The position numbers were made by a program, and so were the translations under genes. From positions 13,766-77,765 of the forward strand of contig CAZOOP010000006.1 in assembly GCA_964581465.1 (NCBI GenBank): a DNA stretch of 64,000 bases. The letters are read 5' to 3'. The DNA comes from an uncultured bacterium (GTDB lineage: Bacteria; RBG-13-66-14). The notes under the pieces were generated by a model. The model was not told where the DNA came from and ran no database searches. It saw only the letters and a list, made by a program, of their open reading frames with translations. This document shows, one piece after another, positions 1 to 9,885 of this stretch (position 1 is its first letter; the number at the start of each line of letters is the position of its first letter).

Positions 1-1
1 C

Positions 2-832
2 AAGACCGGCATGAGTGTCGAGGAGCTCAACTCCGAGATCCCGGCTTTCGAGGCCATGATCGTGCGCAGCGCCACCAAGGTGCGTCAGCCGACCATCGAC
101 CTGGCCGAGAACCTGAAGCTGATCATGCGCGGCGGCGTGGGTATCGATAACATCGACCACGAGTACGCCCGCGAGAAGAACATCCTGGTCTGGAACACTC
201 CGGCCGCCTCCAGCTCCGCGGTCGCCGAACTGGCCATCGCGCACATGTTCGCCGTCAACCGCCATCTCCACCGCGCCGACACCTCGACAAAGGCCGGCAA
301 GTGGGAGAAGAAGAAGTTCAAGGGCGTCGAGCTCGGCGGAAAGATCCTGGGCGTCATCGGCCTGGGCCGCATCGGCACCGAGGTCGCCAAACGCGCCAAG
401 GGCCTGGGAATGCACACTTTCGGGTACGATCCCTTCGTCGAGGAGTGCGACTACTGCCGGATGGTCTCGCTGGACAAGCTCCTGGCCGACTCCGACTACA
501 TCACCCTCCACCTGCCCCACACCAAGGAGACGCACCACCTGATCTCCACGCCGGAATTCGCCAAGATGAAAGAGGGCATGACACTGATCAACTGCGCTCG
601 CGGCGGCGTCGTCAACGAAGACGCCCTGGCCGAGGCCCTGGAGAAGGGCATCGTCGCCCGGGCCGCAGTGGACGTCTACGAAGAGGAACCGCTGAAGAAG
701 GACCATCCGCTGACCAAGTTCGACAACGTCCTGCTCACGCCGCACATCGGCGCCTCGACCGTCGAAGCCCAGGACCGCATCGGTTACGAGCTGGTCGACA
801 AGTTGGAGAAGTTCTCCAAGGGCCAGTACTAG
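2..832 (+). CDS. D-isomer-specific 2-hydroxyacid dehydrogenase (D-3-phosphoglycerate dehydrogenase-like), N-terminus cut by window edge
   Basis: ORF 11..832 stays open back to nt 2. It has the NAD-binding motif GVIGLGRIGTEVAKRA and the family motifs INCARGGVVNEDAL and LTPHIGAST. There is no ACT domain before the stop. Confidence 0.8.
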   Translation, partial: KTGMSVEELNSEIPAFEAMIVRSATKVRQPTIDLAENLKLIMRGGVGIDNIDHEYAREKNILVWNTPAASSSAVAELAIAHMFAVNRHLHRADTSTKAGKWEKKKFKGVELGGKILGVIGLGRIGTEVAKRAKGLGMHTFGYDPFVEECDYCRMVSLDKLLADSDYITLHLPHTKETHHLISTPEFAKMKEGMTLINCARGGVVNEDALAEALEKGIVARAAVDVYEEEPLKKDHPLTKFDNVLLTPHIGASTVEAQDRIGYELVDKLEKFSKGQY

Positions 833-871
833 GTTACCTGTCCGACCCCGGCCCGTCACGGTTCTTGCTCG

Positions 872-900
872 GCAAAGCCCCCCTTTTCGGGGGGCTTTGC
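872..900 (+). terminator. GC-rich hairpin after the dehydrogenase gene
   Basis: Inverted repeat GCAAAGCCCCCC-TTTT-CGGGGGGCTTTGC lies 40 nt after the stop. There is no clear U-tract. Confidence 0.5.
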
Positions 901-1187
901 GCAACAACCGCGCCGGGCCTCGGCTTTCTGCGTTTTGAGCCGTCACCCCGGCCAACGGCGTGGCGGAGAGGTTCTCCAGTCTGTCCGTGGGGTTTGTCAT
1001 TACGGGCGGCATACGTAGCCGTCGTCCGAGGGGTTTAAGCCCAAGATTCGGTTGTCCCGGTGTAACTTGAACAATTGTTGCCCAGGTCGGGGGAGGTGGC
1101 GGGGTTCGAACACCGAATCCCAACCGGTATCTGTTTGGTGTCAGTTAGCTGCAAGGGACCAGGGCGTTTTGGGATACCATAAAGATT

Positions 1188-1542
1188 GGGATTATCACTA
1201 GCACCTGAAGCGACTCATTTAGCTGATAGACTGTCATTGATTGCTTAATAGCTCATAATCGCCGCCATTGTCATACCGCTGCACCGTCTTGCCAGTGCAG
1301 GTGGTGATGCAGCTGGACCTGCGTTAAGTGTCGCCAGAAGCCGGAGGCTGTTGGTTCCATTCAGGTTTCAACCAGGCTGTGAGTAAGTGGCCTGCTAACG
1401 ACGCTCTATTACTTGCTTTATTCGCTTCAACCGCTATCCGACTTCGCTGGTTGACGCCTCGCTGCGGGTGTTCACCAGACCCTCATCTCAATGCATCTTT
1501 TATAAGTTGCGAAGAGTTGGGTCAGTTTTTTGTGATGATTCG
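1188..1542 (-). mobile_element. R-type element copy R5 (MITE-like; candidate structured RNA), 5' end lacks GGGA
   Basis: Alignable over about 350 nt with the copies at 12281, 13974, 25596 and 31295. It ends in GTGATAATCCC (read on the minus strand) and shares the invariant block GGAACCAACAGCCTCCGGCTTC. Confidence 0.8.
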
Positions 1543-1546
1543 AAAA

Positions 1547-1866
1547 GGCATCGTATACCCTATCCGGACCTGATCGCGATTATATATAGTCAATAATAGT
1601 GATGATTCCATTATGGCATATATCACTATACGGGTAGTCAAGAAGAGGCAGAATATACGGGCCTGATCCTTGGCGAACCCTGATACCAGCGGAACTGTAT
1701 CCGCCCTGGCAGCAGATTGCCACAGAAGCCTAAGTGTCATAAAATCAGGCAATAAGGGCATACCAAATGAACGCTTGCTGCTAGAAGGCATATTTCAAGG
1801 AGTCAATAACGGCCCGCAGGTTGATCCCCATCAGCCTGATTTGCTCCGAACACGTTTCATGATGCC
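1547..1866 (-). mobile_element. X-type MITE (IS1595-like ends)
   Basis: Ends are GGCATCGTATACCCTATCCGGACC (left) and GGTCCGAACACGTTTCATGATGCC-like (right). The about 320-bp body is alignable with the copies at 31656, 53493 and 58430. Confidence 0.8.
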
Positions 1867-1879
1867 GATCACTCTTCAG

Positions 1880-1961
1880 CACAGCTTCTAATCAGCCGCA
1901 TTTTCGAGGTGAGACGGTGTTTCGAGTTGTAGTCAACTAGTCCGGGATCGTGTGTGATGCC
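1880..1961 (-). mobile_element. E-type element fragment (5' part with terminal repeat)
   Basis: Reverse complement GGCATCACACACGATCCCGGAC...CTCGAAACACC...CCTCGAAAATG matches the first ~90 nt of the element at 36875. Confidence 0.6.
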
Positions 1962-1967
1962 ATCTGT

Positions 1968-1995
1968 GAAAAGGGCCGATCTGAAGATCGGCCCT
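1968..1995 (-). terminator. rho-independent terminator downstream of lpxC
   Basis: On the minus strand, GGGCCGATC-TTCA-GATCGGCCC is followed by TTTTC. Confidence 0.6.
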
Positions 1996-2080
1996 GCATG
2001 AGCAGTTATGACGACTATCTGGTCGTTGTGCTCACCCACCGGCCGGTGGGTGTTACGCTTAATCGCTCCGGCTCTTCGCC

Positions 2081-3013
2081 TCAGGCCGCCAGGCCCAGTC
2101 TGCGCCTCAGGGCCAACGCCAGGCCGACGTTGGCGGTGTGACCGCCCTTGAGGCTGACCACCTGAGCCCTGAGCGGCGCGCCGATCAGGGTCAGGTCGCC
2201 GATGAGGTCCAGCAGCTTGTGGCGGACGAACTCGTCGGCGTAGCGCAGGTTGTCGTTGAGAACCTCTTCGTCGCCGATGACCACGGCGCAATCCAGGGAG
2301 CCGCCCTTGATCAGCCCGGCCTTGCGCAGAAGGGAGACCTCGTGGAGGAAGCAGAAGGTCCGCGCCGGGGCGATCTCCTCGGTGTAGCGCTGCTCGTCGA
2401 GGACGAACTCCCGGTACTGGCTGCGCAGCACGGGGTGGTCGAAGTGCAGGGCGAAGCTCAGCCTCAGGGGTCCCGGGGCGGGGATGAGCATCATCTGAGC
2501 GGTGCCCGAGGAATAGACCAGGGGCTCCTCGGGGACGAGGTAGCGCCGGGGGGTGTCCTGGGTCACCCGGCCGGCCTCGCGCAGGACGCCGACGAAGGGT
2601 CGCGAGCTGCCGTCGACCACCGGGGGCTCGTGGTTGTCGAGCTCGATGACGGCGTTGTCTATCCCCAGCCCGGAAAGGGCCGAGAGGATGTGCTCGACGG
2701 TGTGAACCTCGGCGCCGTCGGCGGCGATGGTGGTGCCCCGGCTGGTGTCGGTGACGTTCTCGGCCAAGGGTCGGATCTCGGGCTTGCCGGGCAGGTCGAC
2801 GCGGCGGAAGATGTAACCGGCGTCGGCCTCGGCGGGCAGGAAGGTCAACCGGCAGTCGTCGCCGGTGTGCAGACCGATGCCCCGGATGCCGACGGGCCGG
2901 GCGATGGTGTTCTGCTGTTCGACGGGATTGGTCACGACGGACTCGCTTGCTGTGTTGGGGGCGGTTACCGGTGCAATTGATCCAGCATAGCAGGTTTGTT
3001 CTCTTTTTACCAA
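2081..3013 (-). CDS. lpxC: UDP-3-O-acyl-N-acetylglucosamine deacetylase
   Basis: LpxC signatures are present: GIGLHTGDDCRLTFLP, TTI..DGAEVHTVEHILSAL, HEPPVVDGSS, GGHTANV. The annotated start is TTG at 3013; a GVG-proximal GTG at 2935 is an alternative. Confidence 0.9.
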   Translation of the reverse strand: MVKREQTCYAGSIAPVTAPNTASESVVTNPVEQQNTIARPVGIRGIGLHTGDDCRLTFLPAEADAGYIFRRVDLPGKPEIRPLAENVTDTSRGTTIAADGAEVHTVEHILSALSGLGIDNAVIELDNHEPPVVDGSSRPFVGVLREAGRVTQDTPRRYLVPEEPLVYSSGTAQMMLIPAPGPLRLSFALHFDHPVLRSQYREFVLDEQRYTEEIAPARTFCFLHEVSLLRKAGLIKGGSLDCAVVIGDEEVLNDNLRYADEFVRHKLLDLIGDLTLIGAPLRAQVVSLKGGHTANVGLALALRRRLGLAA

Positions 3014-3033
3014 ACCGTCAGAAATCCGCTGTT

Positions 3034-4083
3034 TCAGCCCTCGAGTTCGGCCAGGCGGCGCTCCAGTTCCTCGACGCGTTTGCTCAGCTTGCGCAGCTCG
3101 CGCAGCTTCTCGGGCAGGGCGCGCTCGCTTGCCTCGATGCGCTTGGTGGTCATCGTCGGGCGAGCCGGTAAGCCCAGCCAGGTCTCGCCCGCGGGGATGC
3201 TCTTGGAGATGCCGCTCTTGGCGCCGGCGATGACGTTGTCGCCCAGGGTAAGGTGGCCGGCCACGCCGACCTGGCCCATCAGGATCACGTGATCACCCAG
3301 CTTGCAGGAGCCGGAGATGCCCACCTGGCCGGCCATGATGCAGTTCTCGCCCAAGCTAACGTTGTGGGCGATCTGAACCAGGTTGTCGATCTTGGTGCCC
3401 CGGCCGATGCGGGTGGCGCCCAGGGCGCCGCGATCGATGGTGCTGTTGGCGCCGATCTCGACGTCATCCTCGAGGATGACGTTGCCGATCTGGGGTATCT
3501 TGCGCCAGCGTGGGCCGTCGGGGGCGTAGCCGAAGCCGTCGGAGCCGATCACCGCTCCGGGGTAGAGGATCACCCGCTCTCCGATGACGCAGCGCTCGCG
3601 AACGACGACGTTGGGGTAGAGTACGCAGCCGGCGCCGATGGTGGTCTCGTCGCCGATGAAGCAGCCGGAGGCGACGCGGACACCGTCGCCCAGGCGGACA
3701 CCGCGGCCCAGGTGGACGAAGGGTCCGATGCCGACGCCCTCGCCCAGCTCGACACCCTCTTCGACGACGGCCGTCGGGTGGACGCCGGGGTCGGGCAGGG
3801 GGATCGCCGGGGCGAAGCTCTCGATCAAGCGGCTGAATGACAGGTAGGCGTTGTCGCAGCGGATCAGCGGCACCGGGCTGTCAACCTCGGCGTCGCGGTC
3901 GACGACGACGGCGGCGGCGCGGCAGTCGGGCAGCCGACGGGCGTACTTCATGTTGGTCAGGAAACTGATCTCGGCGGGTCCGGCGGCGTCGATGGTCCCC
4001 ACGCCGTTGACCCGGGTTTCGGCGGAGCCGCCCTCGAGCTCGCCGTTCAAGAAAGCCGCCACCTCGCCCAGCGTGATTTCCAT
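3034..4083 (-). CDS. lpxD: UDP-3-O-acylglucosamine N-acyltransferase
   Basis: Left-handed beta-helix hexapeptide repeats follow an LpxD-type N-terminal domain. The gene sits next to lpxC, skp and bamA. Confidence 0.9.
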   Translation of the reverse strand: MEITLGEVAAFLNGELEGGSAETRVNGVGTIDAAGPAEISFLTNMKYARRLPDCRAAAVVVDRDAEVDSPVPLIRCDNAYLSFSRLIESFAPAIPLPDPGVHPTAVVEEGVELGEGVGIGPFVHLGRGVRLGDGVRVASGCFIGDETTIGAGCVLYPNVVVRERCVIGERVILYPGAVIGSDGFGYAPDGPRWRKIPQIGNVILEDDVEIGANSTIDRGALGATRIGRGTKIDNLVQIAHNVSLGENCIMAGQVGISGSCKLGDHVILMGQVGVAGHLTLGDNVIAGAKSGISKSIPAGETWLGLPARPTMTTKRIEASERALPEKLRELRKLSKRVEELERRLAELEG

Positions 4084-4349
4084 CGCTTCCCCCTCATGGT
4101 TGGTGCTACTAGTAACTGATCAGCCGGCGGCTCGGTTGGACCGGAGAAAGACCTCCGACGCTCGTTCGGTAGTCGAGACGGCTCCAGTCGCTCCAGGGAT
4201 TCCGCGGCAGCTTCACACCGAGGCCGGGCCGTCAAGCGCCGTGGTCGAGAGGACCATCGCCGCCGGTACGGCGACGGCCCGCGGGTCTGAATCCGGGGCC
4301 GTCGAAGCATCGGGTCGGTCATCGACCCGTCGTGGGGTGCTGGGTCGGC

Positions 4350-4883
4350 CTAGGTGCCCGCGGTCTCGTTGAGCAGCTCGATGACCCGGTCGGTGATGTC
4401 GTAGGCCTCGCGGATGTAGAGCACGGCGCTGACGTCGAGGATCAGGTCGAACTCGGCGTCCTTGCCGACCTGGTCGATCGCCTCGTAGATGCGGTCGTAG
4501 AGCTTGCCCAGCCCCTGGGCCTCCTGGGCCTCCAGAGAGCTCACGGCGTTGTCGCGCTCCTGCATGGCTTTCTCGTAGATGGCCTGCTGCTCGGCCTCGA
4601 TCTCGGCGCGGCGCTCGTCGGAGATGGGCTGATTGAGCTGCTCCTGCAGCTCCATCAACTGGCGTTCGTACTCGTCGAGCTTGGGCTGGACCTCGGATTC
4701 CTTCTCCTGGACCATGGTCTGCATGGTGCGCATGAACTCCTGGACCTCGATCCACTCCTCCTGAACCCGCTGCAGATCGACGAAGGCCACGGTCAGCGGC
4801 ATGTTCTCGTCATCGTCGTCCTGGGCCAGGGCGGGAAGGGCAATCAGCAGGATCATCAACAGGGCTGTCCACTGTTTCTTCAT
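4350..4883 (-). CDS. skp: periplasmic chaperone Skp/OmpH
   Basis: Internal ATG at 4883 gives MKKQWTALLMILLIALPALAQ, a signal peptide. The rest is a coiled-coil, E/Q-rich body about 175 aa long. The gene lies directly downstream of bamA. The longer ORF reaching 5180 overlaps bamA and has no support. Confidence 0.85.
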   Translation of the reverse strand: MKKQWTALLMILLIALPALAQDDDDENMPLTVAFVDLQRVQEEWIEVQEFMRTMQTMVQEKESEVQPKLDEYERQLMELQEQLNQPISDERRAEIEAEQQAIYEKAMQERDNAVSSLEAQEAQGLGKLYDRIYEAIDQVGKDAEFDLILDVSAVLYIREAYDITDRVIELLNETAGT

Positions 4884-5017
4884 TGTCAACCTCCAGGTTC
4901 GCAGGTTTGGCGATTCCGGCTCTCCCGGTTGATCGCGGTCGACCGGGAGACGGCTCTCGTAGTGAGGGGGAATTGGTTGTTTACGTCGCGGCGGGTCGGT
5001 TTGTTCCCGCCAAAAGC

Positions 5018-7282
5018 TTAAAAGGTGTTGGCGATCGAGAAGTGGAGCCGTCCCTGGGGCAGGTCCGGGCTCCAGCCATAGTCGAAGCCCATCAGGCCCA
5101 CCATGGGCACGTCGATGCGCACGCCCAGGCCGAAGCCGTACCTCATGTCGTTGAAGTCGAAGTCGCCGATGTCCTCCCAAGCGTAGCCCATGTCGAAGAA
5201 GAGCATCCCGAAGAGCAGGCGTTCGGAGATCTCGATGCGGTACTCCAGGTTGTAATAGAACTCGAAGGTTCCGCCGACGAGGCGGTCGTCCTCGTCGCGG
5301 GGCGACAGGTCGAAGTCCTGGAAGCCGCGCACGTCGTTGCCGCCGACGAAGTAGCGTTCGTAGATGGGCACTTCGTCTGTGTCATCGTAGACCCCCACGT
5401 ACCCGGCGTGGAGCTTGAGGGCTAGGGCGAAGCGCCAGAAGCTGGGATAGTAGCTGGTCAGGGTGGTGTTGACCTTGTAGAAGTCCAGGTCGCCGCCCAG
5501 GTAGCCGCCGCCCAGCTCCATGCCCAGGTACTGGGTCGAGCCCTCGGTGGGGAAGAAGTAGTTGTTGCGGGTGTCGCGGCGCAGGGAAGCGAGCACCGAA
5601 CTGCTGACCGTGGTCCCGGCGGCCTCCCGAACGGACTCGGAGGCGTCGTCCTCGGGATCGATGGTCGTCTCGGCATAGTCGTAGCGCAGCCGCCAGCGGG
5701 AGTCGTCGCCGATGGGATGGCCAACCAGGCCGTAGAAACCGAAACGGGTCTTGTCGTAATCGAAGGCAGAGAGGCTGTTCTCCAGGTAGACCCCGGCGCC
5801 GATGGTGGTCGGCGTGTCGAGGAACCAGGGCTCCATGAAACTGAAGCGGTAGTTGTTGGTGTTGCCGCCGATCTCGCTTTCGATGGTCAGCGACTGGCCG
5901 CCGCCCTTGGCGCGCCAGAAGGCGGGCAGGGCCGCGAAGTCGAAGTTGATCCAGGAGACGCTGAAGGTGCCCACCAGGCCCGTCGAGGTCGAATAGCCGG
6001 CGCCGGCGGAGATCTTGGTGGTGCCCTGGCGCTCGACCACCCGCACCGTCAGGTCGATGACCCGGGTCTCGGGGTCGATCTCCCAGTCCGGGATGACGTT
6101 CTCGAAGTACTGCAGGTTGAACACGCGCTCCAGGGAGCGGCGGAAGGCCTTGCCGTCGAAGACCTCGCCCGGGTAGATGGTGAACTCGCGGCGGATGACC
6201 TTGTCCTTGGTGTCGGTGTTGCCGACGATGCGCAGTTCGCCCACGGTGGCCGGCTCGTTCTCCTTGAAGACCCAGTCATAGCTGACGGTGTTGCTTTCAT
6301 CGTCGATGATCACCGTCTCTTCGATCTCCAGGAAGACGTAGCCGAACTCCCAGTAGTCGTCCTTGATGGCGGCGACACTGGCGTTGTATTCGCCCTGGTT
6401 GTGGACATCGCCTGTGCCCAGACGCAGGCGGCGGCGGATCTGACGGTCGGAGAGGATGGTGTTGCCGCTGAAGTCGACGCCGCCGAAGTAGTAGCGGTCG
6501 CCCTCGTGGATGGTGATCAGGATGTCGACCTCGTCGCCGGCGTCGTTGAAGCTGAGCTCGTAGTCTTCGATGCGGGCGTTGATGTAGCCGCCGTTGTTGT
6601 AGCCGTCGACGATACTGGCCAGGTCGTCTTCCAATAAATCCAAGTCCAGGGTGGACGAGTTCCAGAACTCGTCCTCATCGAGCTGCATGAAGAGGTTGCG
6701 GATCTCCCAGGCGCTGTAGGCCGCGTTGCCGACGAACTCGATGGAGTTGACCCAGATCTCGGTGCCCTCCTCGACGACGAACTTGACGTCCACGCGCCCG
6801 TCCTCGTCGGTGGTGTACTCCGGGATCACCTCGCAGCGGATCAGCCCGGACTCTTTGCCCAGCTCCTTGATTTCCAGCACGATCTCGTTGACCGCCGCCG
6901 GGTCAAGGGGCTCGCCGGAGACCAGATGGGCGGCGATGGCGTCGGAGACGTCTTCGCCGTCGAGTTCATCGACCCCCACGTAGGACACCGTGCCCACGGT
7001 GGGCCGCTCCTCCACGCTGATGATCAACCGCACGCCCTCGGCGTAGGGTTCGGCGCTGAAGACGATGTCGTCGAAGGCCCCCTGCTCGAACAAGCGCTTG
7101 ATATCGGCAGCCACGGTGGCCGGCGAAAGGGGCTGACCGACCCGGCTGGAGATGCGCTCGAAGAAGAAGGCGTCATCGTAGATCTCGTTGCCGCGGATCT
7201 CGATGGCTTCGATGACCGGGGCCTGCTGGGCCGCGACCGCCGCGGCGGCGAGGAGTATCACACAGAGTAGCCGTCGACTCAC
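5018..7282 (-). CDS. bamA: outer membrane protein assembly factor BamA
   Basis: 754 aa with a signal peptide, POTRA-like repeats (IEIRGNE..., IEFVGNAAY, LRIVGNTDTKDKVIRRE) and a C-terminal beta-barrel ending in F. Confidence 0.9.
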   Translation of the reverse strand: MSRRLLCVILLAAAAVAAQQAPVIEAIEIRGNEIYDDAFFFERISSRVGQPLSPATVAADIKRLFEQGAFDDIVFSAEPYAEGVRLIISVEERPTVGTVSYVGVDELDGEDVSDAIAAHLVSGEPLDPAAVNEIVLEIKELGKESGLIRCEVIPEYTTDEDGRVDVKFVVEEGTEIWVNSIEFVGNAAYSAWEIRNLFMQLDEDEFWNSSTLDLDLLEDDLASIVDGYNNGGYINARIEDYELSFNDAGDEVDILITIHEGDRYYFGGVDFSGNTILSDRQIRRRLRLGTGDVHNQGEYNASVAAIKDDYWEFGYVFLEIEETVIIDDESNTVSYDWVFKENEPATVGELRIVGNTDTKDKVIRREFTIYPGEVFDGKAFRRSLERVFNLQYFENVIPDWEIDPETRVIDLTVRVVERQGTTKISAGAGYSTSTGLVGTFSVSWINFDFAALPAFWRAKGGGQSLTIESEIGGNTNNYRFSFMEPWFLDTPTTIGAGVYLENSLSAFDYDKTRFGFYGLVGHPIGDDSRWRLRYDYAETTIDPEDDASESVREAAGTTVSSSVLASLRRDTRNNYFFPTEGSTQYLGMELGGGYLGGDLDFYKVNTTLTSYYPSFWRFALALKLHAGYVGVYDDTDEVPIYERYFVGGNDVRGFQDFDLSPRDEDDRLVGGTFEFYYNLEYRIEISERLLFGMLFFDMGYAWEDIGDFDFNDMRYGFGLGVRIDVPMVGLMGFDYGWSPDLPQGRLHFSIANTF

Positions 7283-7864
7283 CTTATCCCGCTCCGTTGA
7301 ATGGCCTGCTGATCAGTTTGCGGACTGGACACATTGCTTAGAGTAGACCGTACCCGACCCGGAGAGCATCGGGGGTGGGTGCCGGATAGACTGCGTAAAG
7401 CGACTCGGCCGTCGGGGAGCCCCTTGTTCGGCCATGTCCACCTCCCCATACGCCGGTCAAAGACGAAAGGTGCCAGCCCGGCACACTTTGCTTGGCATTG
7501 TAACATCTTGTCAGAGAGCTGGAAAGCCGCTTGAGTCATCCCGGTGTGGAAGGCGGTGTCAATAGGTCCTCGGACCGCCGTCCCCGGCCACTCGGGGCGC
7601 AAGGTATTGCCAGGAACCCCTTTTTCGGCTACCATTAACATACCGGCTCTTTCCAACCATGGGTGGCTCCGCCGTAGTTAAACACCCAGGCGATTTCTTT
7701 CATTACCCTACGACTCAGCCGGAATGTCATCCAGGCCCGACATGGCGGCGATGACGCCGCATCGCCCTTCCAATACGGACCGTGGAAGGTATAACGTAGA
7801 GAGCAACGGCAGCGCTTCGAACTGAATACTGCGATAATTCCGCTCAATCGACCGGGAGTCCGCA

Positions 7865-8341
7865 ATGACCACATCGAGTAGAGAAAGACGCTCCGCCAAG
7901 CGGCATCGTCCCACGGACCTGGACGCCGTGGTGCTCTCGGGCCTGCCCGAGCAGTTCCGCGAGGTCAAGGTCCGCTCGATCTCCAAGACCGGCCTCGCCA
8001 TCGAAATCAACATCGAGGATGTCTCACCCCTCCAGGCCCAACTGGGTCGCCGGATCACCCTCTCCTTCCTGCTACCCCAGGTTGCCCGTATCGCCACGGT
8101 CCAGGCCGAGGTGGTACGCACCTATCGGCAGGTCTCCGACGGCGGCTTCATCCACGTCTCCGCCGACGGCGAGGAGAAACGGGATTCGCCCTACGGCGGC
8201 CATGAGAACCGAGTCTACGGCCTGGGGCTGCGCTTCGTCGACCTGCGACCCGAGATGGCGCGTCAACTCGAGCGCTACCTGTTGACAATCTTCCGCGGCG
8301 ACGACGGTTCATCCGACGGGAACGACGAAGACGATGAATAG
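7865..8341 (+). CDS. PilZ domain protein with acidic tail
   Basis: N-terminal RERRSAKRHR (an RxxxR-like motif) is followed by VRSISKTGLAIE (a D/NxSxxG-like motif), as in c-di-GMP-binding PilZ domains. Confidence 0.6.
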   Translation: MTTSSRERRSAKRHRPTDLDAVVLSGLPEQFREVKVRSISKTGLAIEINIEDVSPLQAQLGRRITLSFLLPQVARIATVQAEVVRTYRQVSDGGFIHVSADGEEKRDSPYGGHENRVYGLGLRFVDLRPEMARQLERYLLTIFRGDDGSSDGNDEDDE

Positions 8342-8363
8342 CTTAAACGACGGTGATTAAGCG

Positions 8364-9872
8364 ATGGACTTCAATCAGCCCAAGCTCTCGCTGGATCAGT
8401 CCCTCAAACTGCAGCTCAAGCTTTCTCCCCGGCTGCAGCAAGCGATACAGCTCTTGGCGCTGCCGGTGTTGCAGCTCAAGGACCGGGTCGATGAGGAGCT
8501 GGTCTCCAATCCGGTTCTCGAGGCCGTTCCCACGGGCGAACCCCTGACGCGCAGCGACTCGGACATGGAGCAACGCGATCGCGGCGACGAGGCCTGGGAG
8601 TCCCAACGCGACTACCTCTCCGCCGAAGAGCGCAAGGATTCCGACAACCACTCCTCGGAGCGCGACTGGGAGGATTACCTCAGCTACGACCCCCGTCCCT
8701 ACCGGCCGCCGCGACCGATGGAGGTCTCCGGAGACGATTCCTACATCGACCGCGTGGTGGCCGACGGCGCCACCCTGACCGAGCATCTGCTCTGGCAGCT
8801 TCAACTCAACTGCGATTCGGAGCGCGAGGAGGCCGTCGCCGCCGCCCTGGTGGGCAATCTGGACGAGGAGGGCTACCTGCGCGACTTCGACACCGCCGAG
8901 CTGGCCGCCTCCCTGGAGCTGGAGCCACCCACCGACGAAGACGAGATAGAGAGGATCCTGACAAACTGCGTCCAGGGGCTGGACCCCCTGGGTGTCGGGG
9001 CGCGCAGCCTGAGCGAGTGCCTGAGCATCCAACTGCGCCCCCTGTCCGACGACGGCGTCGAGCCCGAGCTGATCGAGATCGCCCGCCAGGTCATCGAGGG
9101 CTACCTCTACGAACTGGCCCGCCGCAAGTACAAGATCATCACCGACGCCCTGGGAGTGGACAAGGAGCGCGTCCGCGAGGCCGTGCAGTTGATCACCGCC
9201 CTGGACCCCAAGCCGGCGCGCAACTTCAGCGGCCGCCGGGCCACCTACGTCCGACCCGACGTCTACCTGGAGAAGATCGGTGACGAGTACCGGATCTACT
9301 TAAACGAGTGGGGCATCCCCCGGTTGCGGGTCAGCAACTACTACCGCAGCCTGATCGCCGCCGGCAAGGCCGACAAGCAAACCCGCTCCTTCATCCGCGA
9401 CAAGATCAACTCCGCCGTCTGGTTCATCAAGAACATCGACGAGCGCCGCCGGACCATCCTCAAGGTCACCGAGTTCATCTTCGAGCGCCAGCGGGAGTTC
9501 CTCGAGAAGGGACTCGAAGGTCTCAAACCCTTGACCCTGGAGGAGGTCGCCGAGGTCGTCGGCGTCAACTCCAGCACGGTCAGCCGGGCCACCTCGGGCA
9601 AGTACGTTCAGACTCCGCGCGGGCTGTTCGAGCTCAAGTTCTTCTTCACCCGGGGCATGCCCAGCTCCGAGAACGGCGGCCAGCTCTCCACCACCTACAT
9701 CAAAGAGCGCATCCGCCGGCTGATCGCCGAAGAGACCGGCAAGCCGCTCTCCGACAGCAAGATCGTCAGTATCCTCAAAGATGAAGAGGGCTTGGACATC
9801 GCTCGGCGGACCATCGCCAAGTACCGCAAGCAGATGAGGATCCCCCCGGCCTCCAAACGCAAACCCCTCTAG
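8364..9872 (+). CDS. rpoN: RNA polymerase sigma-54 factor
   Basis: Region I is Q/L-rich (LKLQLKLSPRLQQAIQLLALP). The C-terminal RpoN box ARRTIAKYR is present, along with the HTH STVSRA. Confidence 0.95.
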   Translation: MDFNQPKLSLDQSLKLQLKLSPRLQQAIQLLALPVLQLKDRVDEELVSNPVLEAVPTGEPLTRSDSDMEQRDRGDEAWESQRDYLSAEERKDSDNHSSERDWEDYLSYDPRPYRPPRPMEVSGDDSYIDRVVADGATLTEHLLWQLQLNCDSEREEAVAAALVGNLDEEGYLRDFDTAELAASLELEPPTDEDEIERILTNCVQGLDPLGVGARSLSECLSIQLRPLSDDGVEPELIEIARQVIEGYLYELARRKYKIITDALGVDKERVREAVQLITALDPKPARNFSGRRATYVRPDVYLEKIGDEYRIYLNEWGIPRLRVSNYYRSLIAAGKADKQTRSFIRDKINSAVWFIKNIDERRRTILKVTEFIFERQREFLEKGLEGLKPLTLEEVAEVVGVNSSTVSRATSGKYVQTPRGLFELKFFFTRGMPSSENGGQLSTTYIKERIRRLIAEETGKPLSDSKIVSILKDEEGLDIARRTIAKYRKQMRIPPASKRKPL

Positions 9873-9885
9873 AGACGACTACGCC

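Noticed and set aside
1328-1573. ORFs on the antisense strand of R elements sharing PEAGGCWF and LLLAL..STAIRL.W.TPRCG (1328-1573, 12401-12619, 31365-31607).
   Set aside because: The frames shift and stop differently in each copy. R2 and R3 have no comparable ORF. The shared peptides simply translate the invariant nucleotide blocks.
1670-1891. Apparently conserved small ORF inside X elements (1670-1891(+) and 31698-32039(-), sharing SALA.DCHRSLSVIKS.NKG..ERLLLEG.FQGVNNGP).
   Set aside because: The two X copies are nearly identical at the DNA level. The same frame is broken by stops in the X copies at 25311, 53493 and 58430. The conservation is therefore at the nucleotide level, not in a protein.
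2138-2980. Many long ORFs antisense to, or overlapping, well-supported genes. Examples are 2138-2980(+), 9775-10941(-), 15455-16639(-), 17378-18604(+) and 19613-20821(-). Others are 26760-27824(-), 40150-41160(-), 41224-42411(-), 43080-44084(-) and 46033-47208(-).
   Set aside because: These are typical shadow ORFs of high-GC DNA. They are Arg/Gly/Ala/Pro-rich with no recognisable motifs. Each lies opposite a gene with clear family signatures.
7283-7864. 580-nt ORF-free gap between bamA and the PilZ gene, inspected for RNase P, tmRNA, SRP, 6S or riboswitch hallmarks and for X/E/R ends.
   Set aside because: I found no diagnostic motif (no GAGGAAAGTCC, no tmRNA termini, no SRP tetraloop helix) and no repeat-family similarity. 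It may simply hold divergent promoters. I cannot support any call without covariance-model searches.
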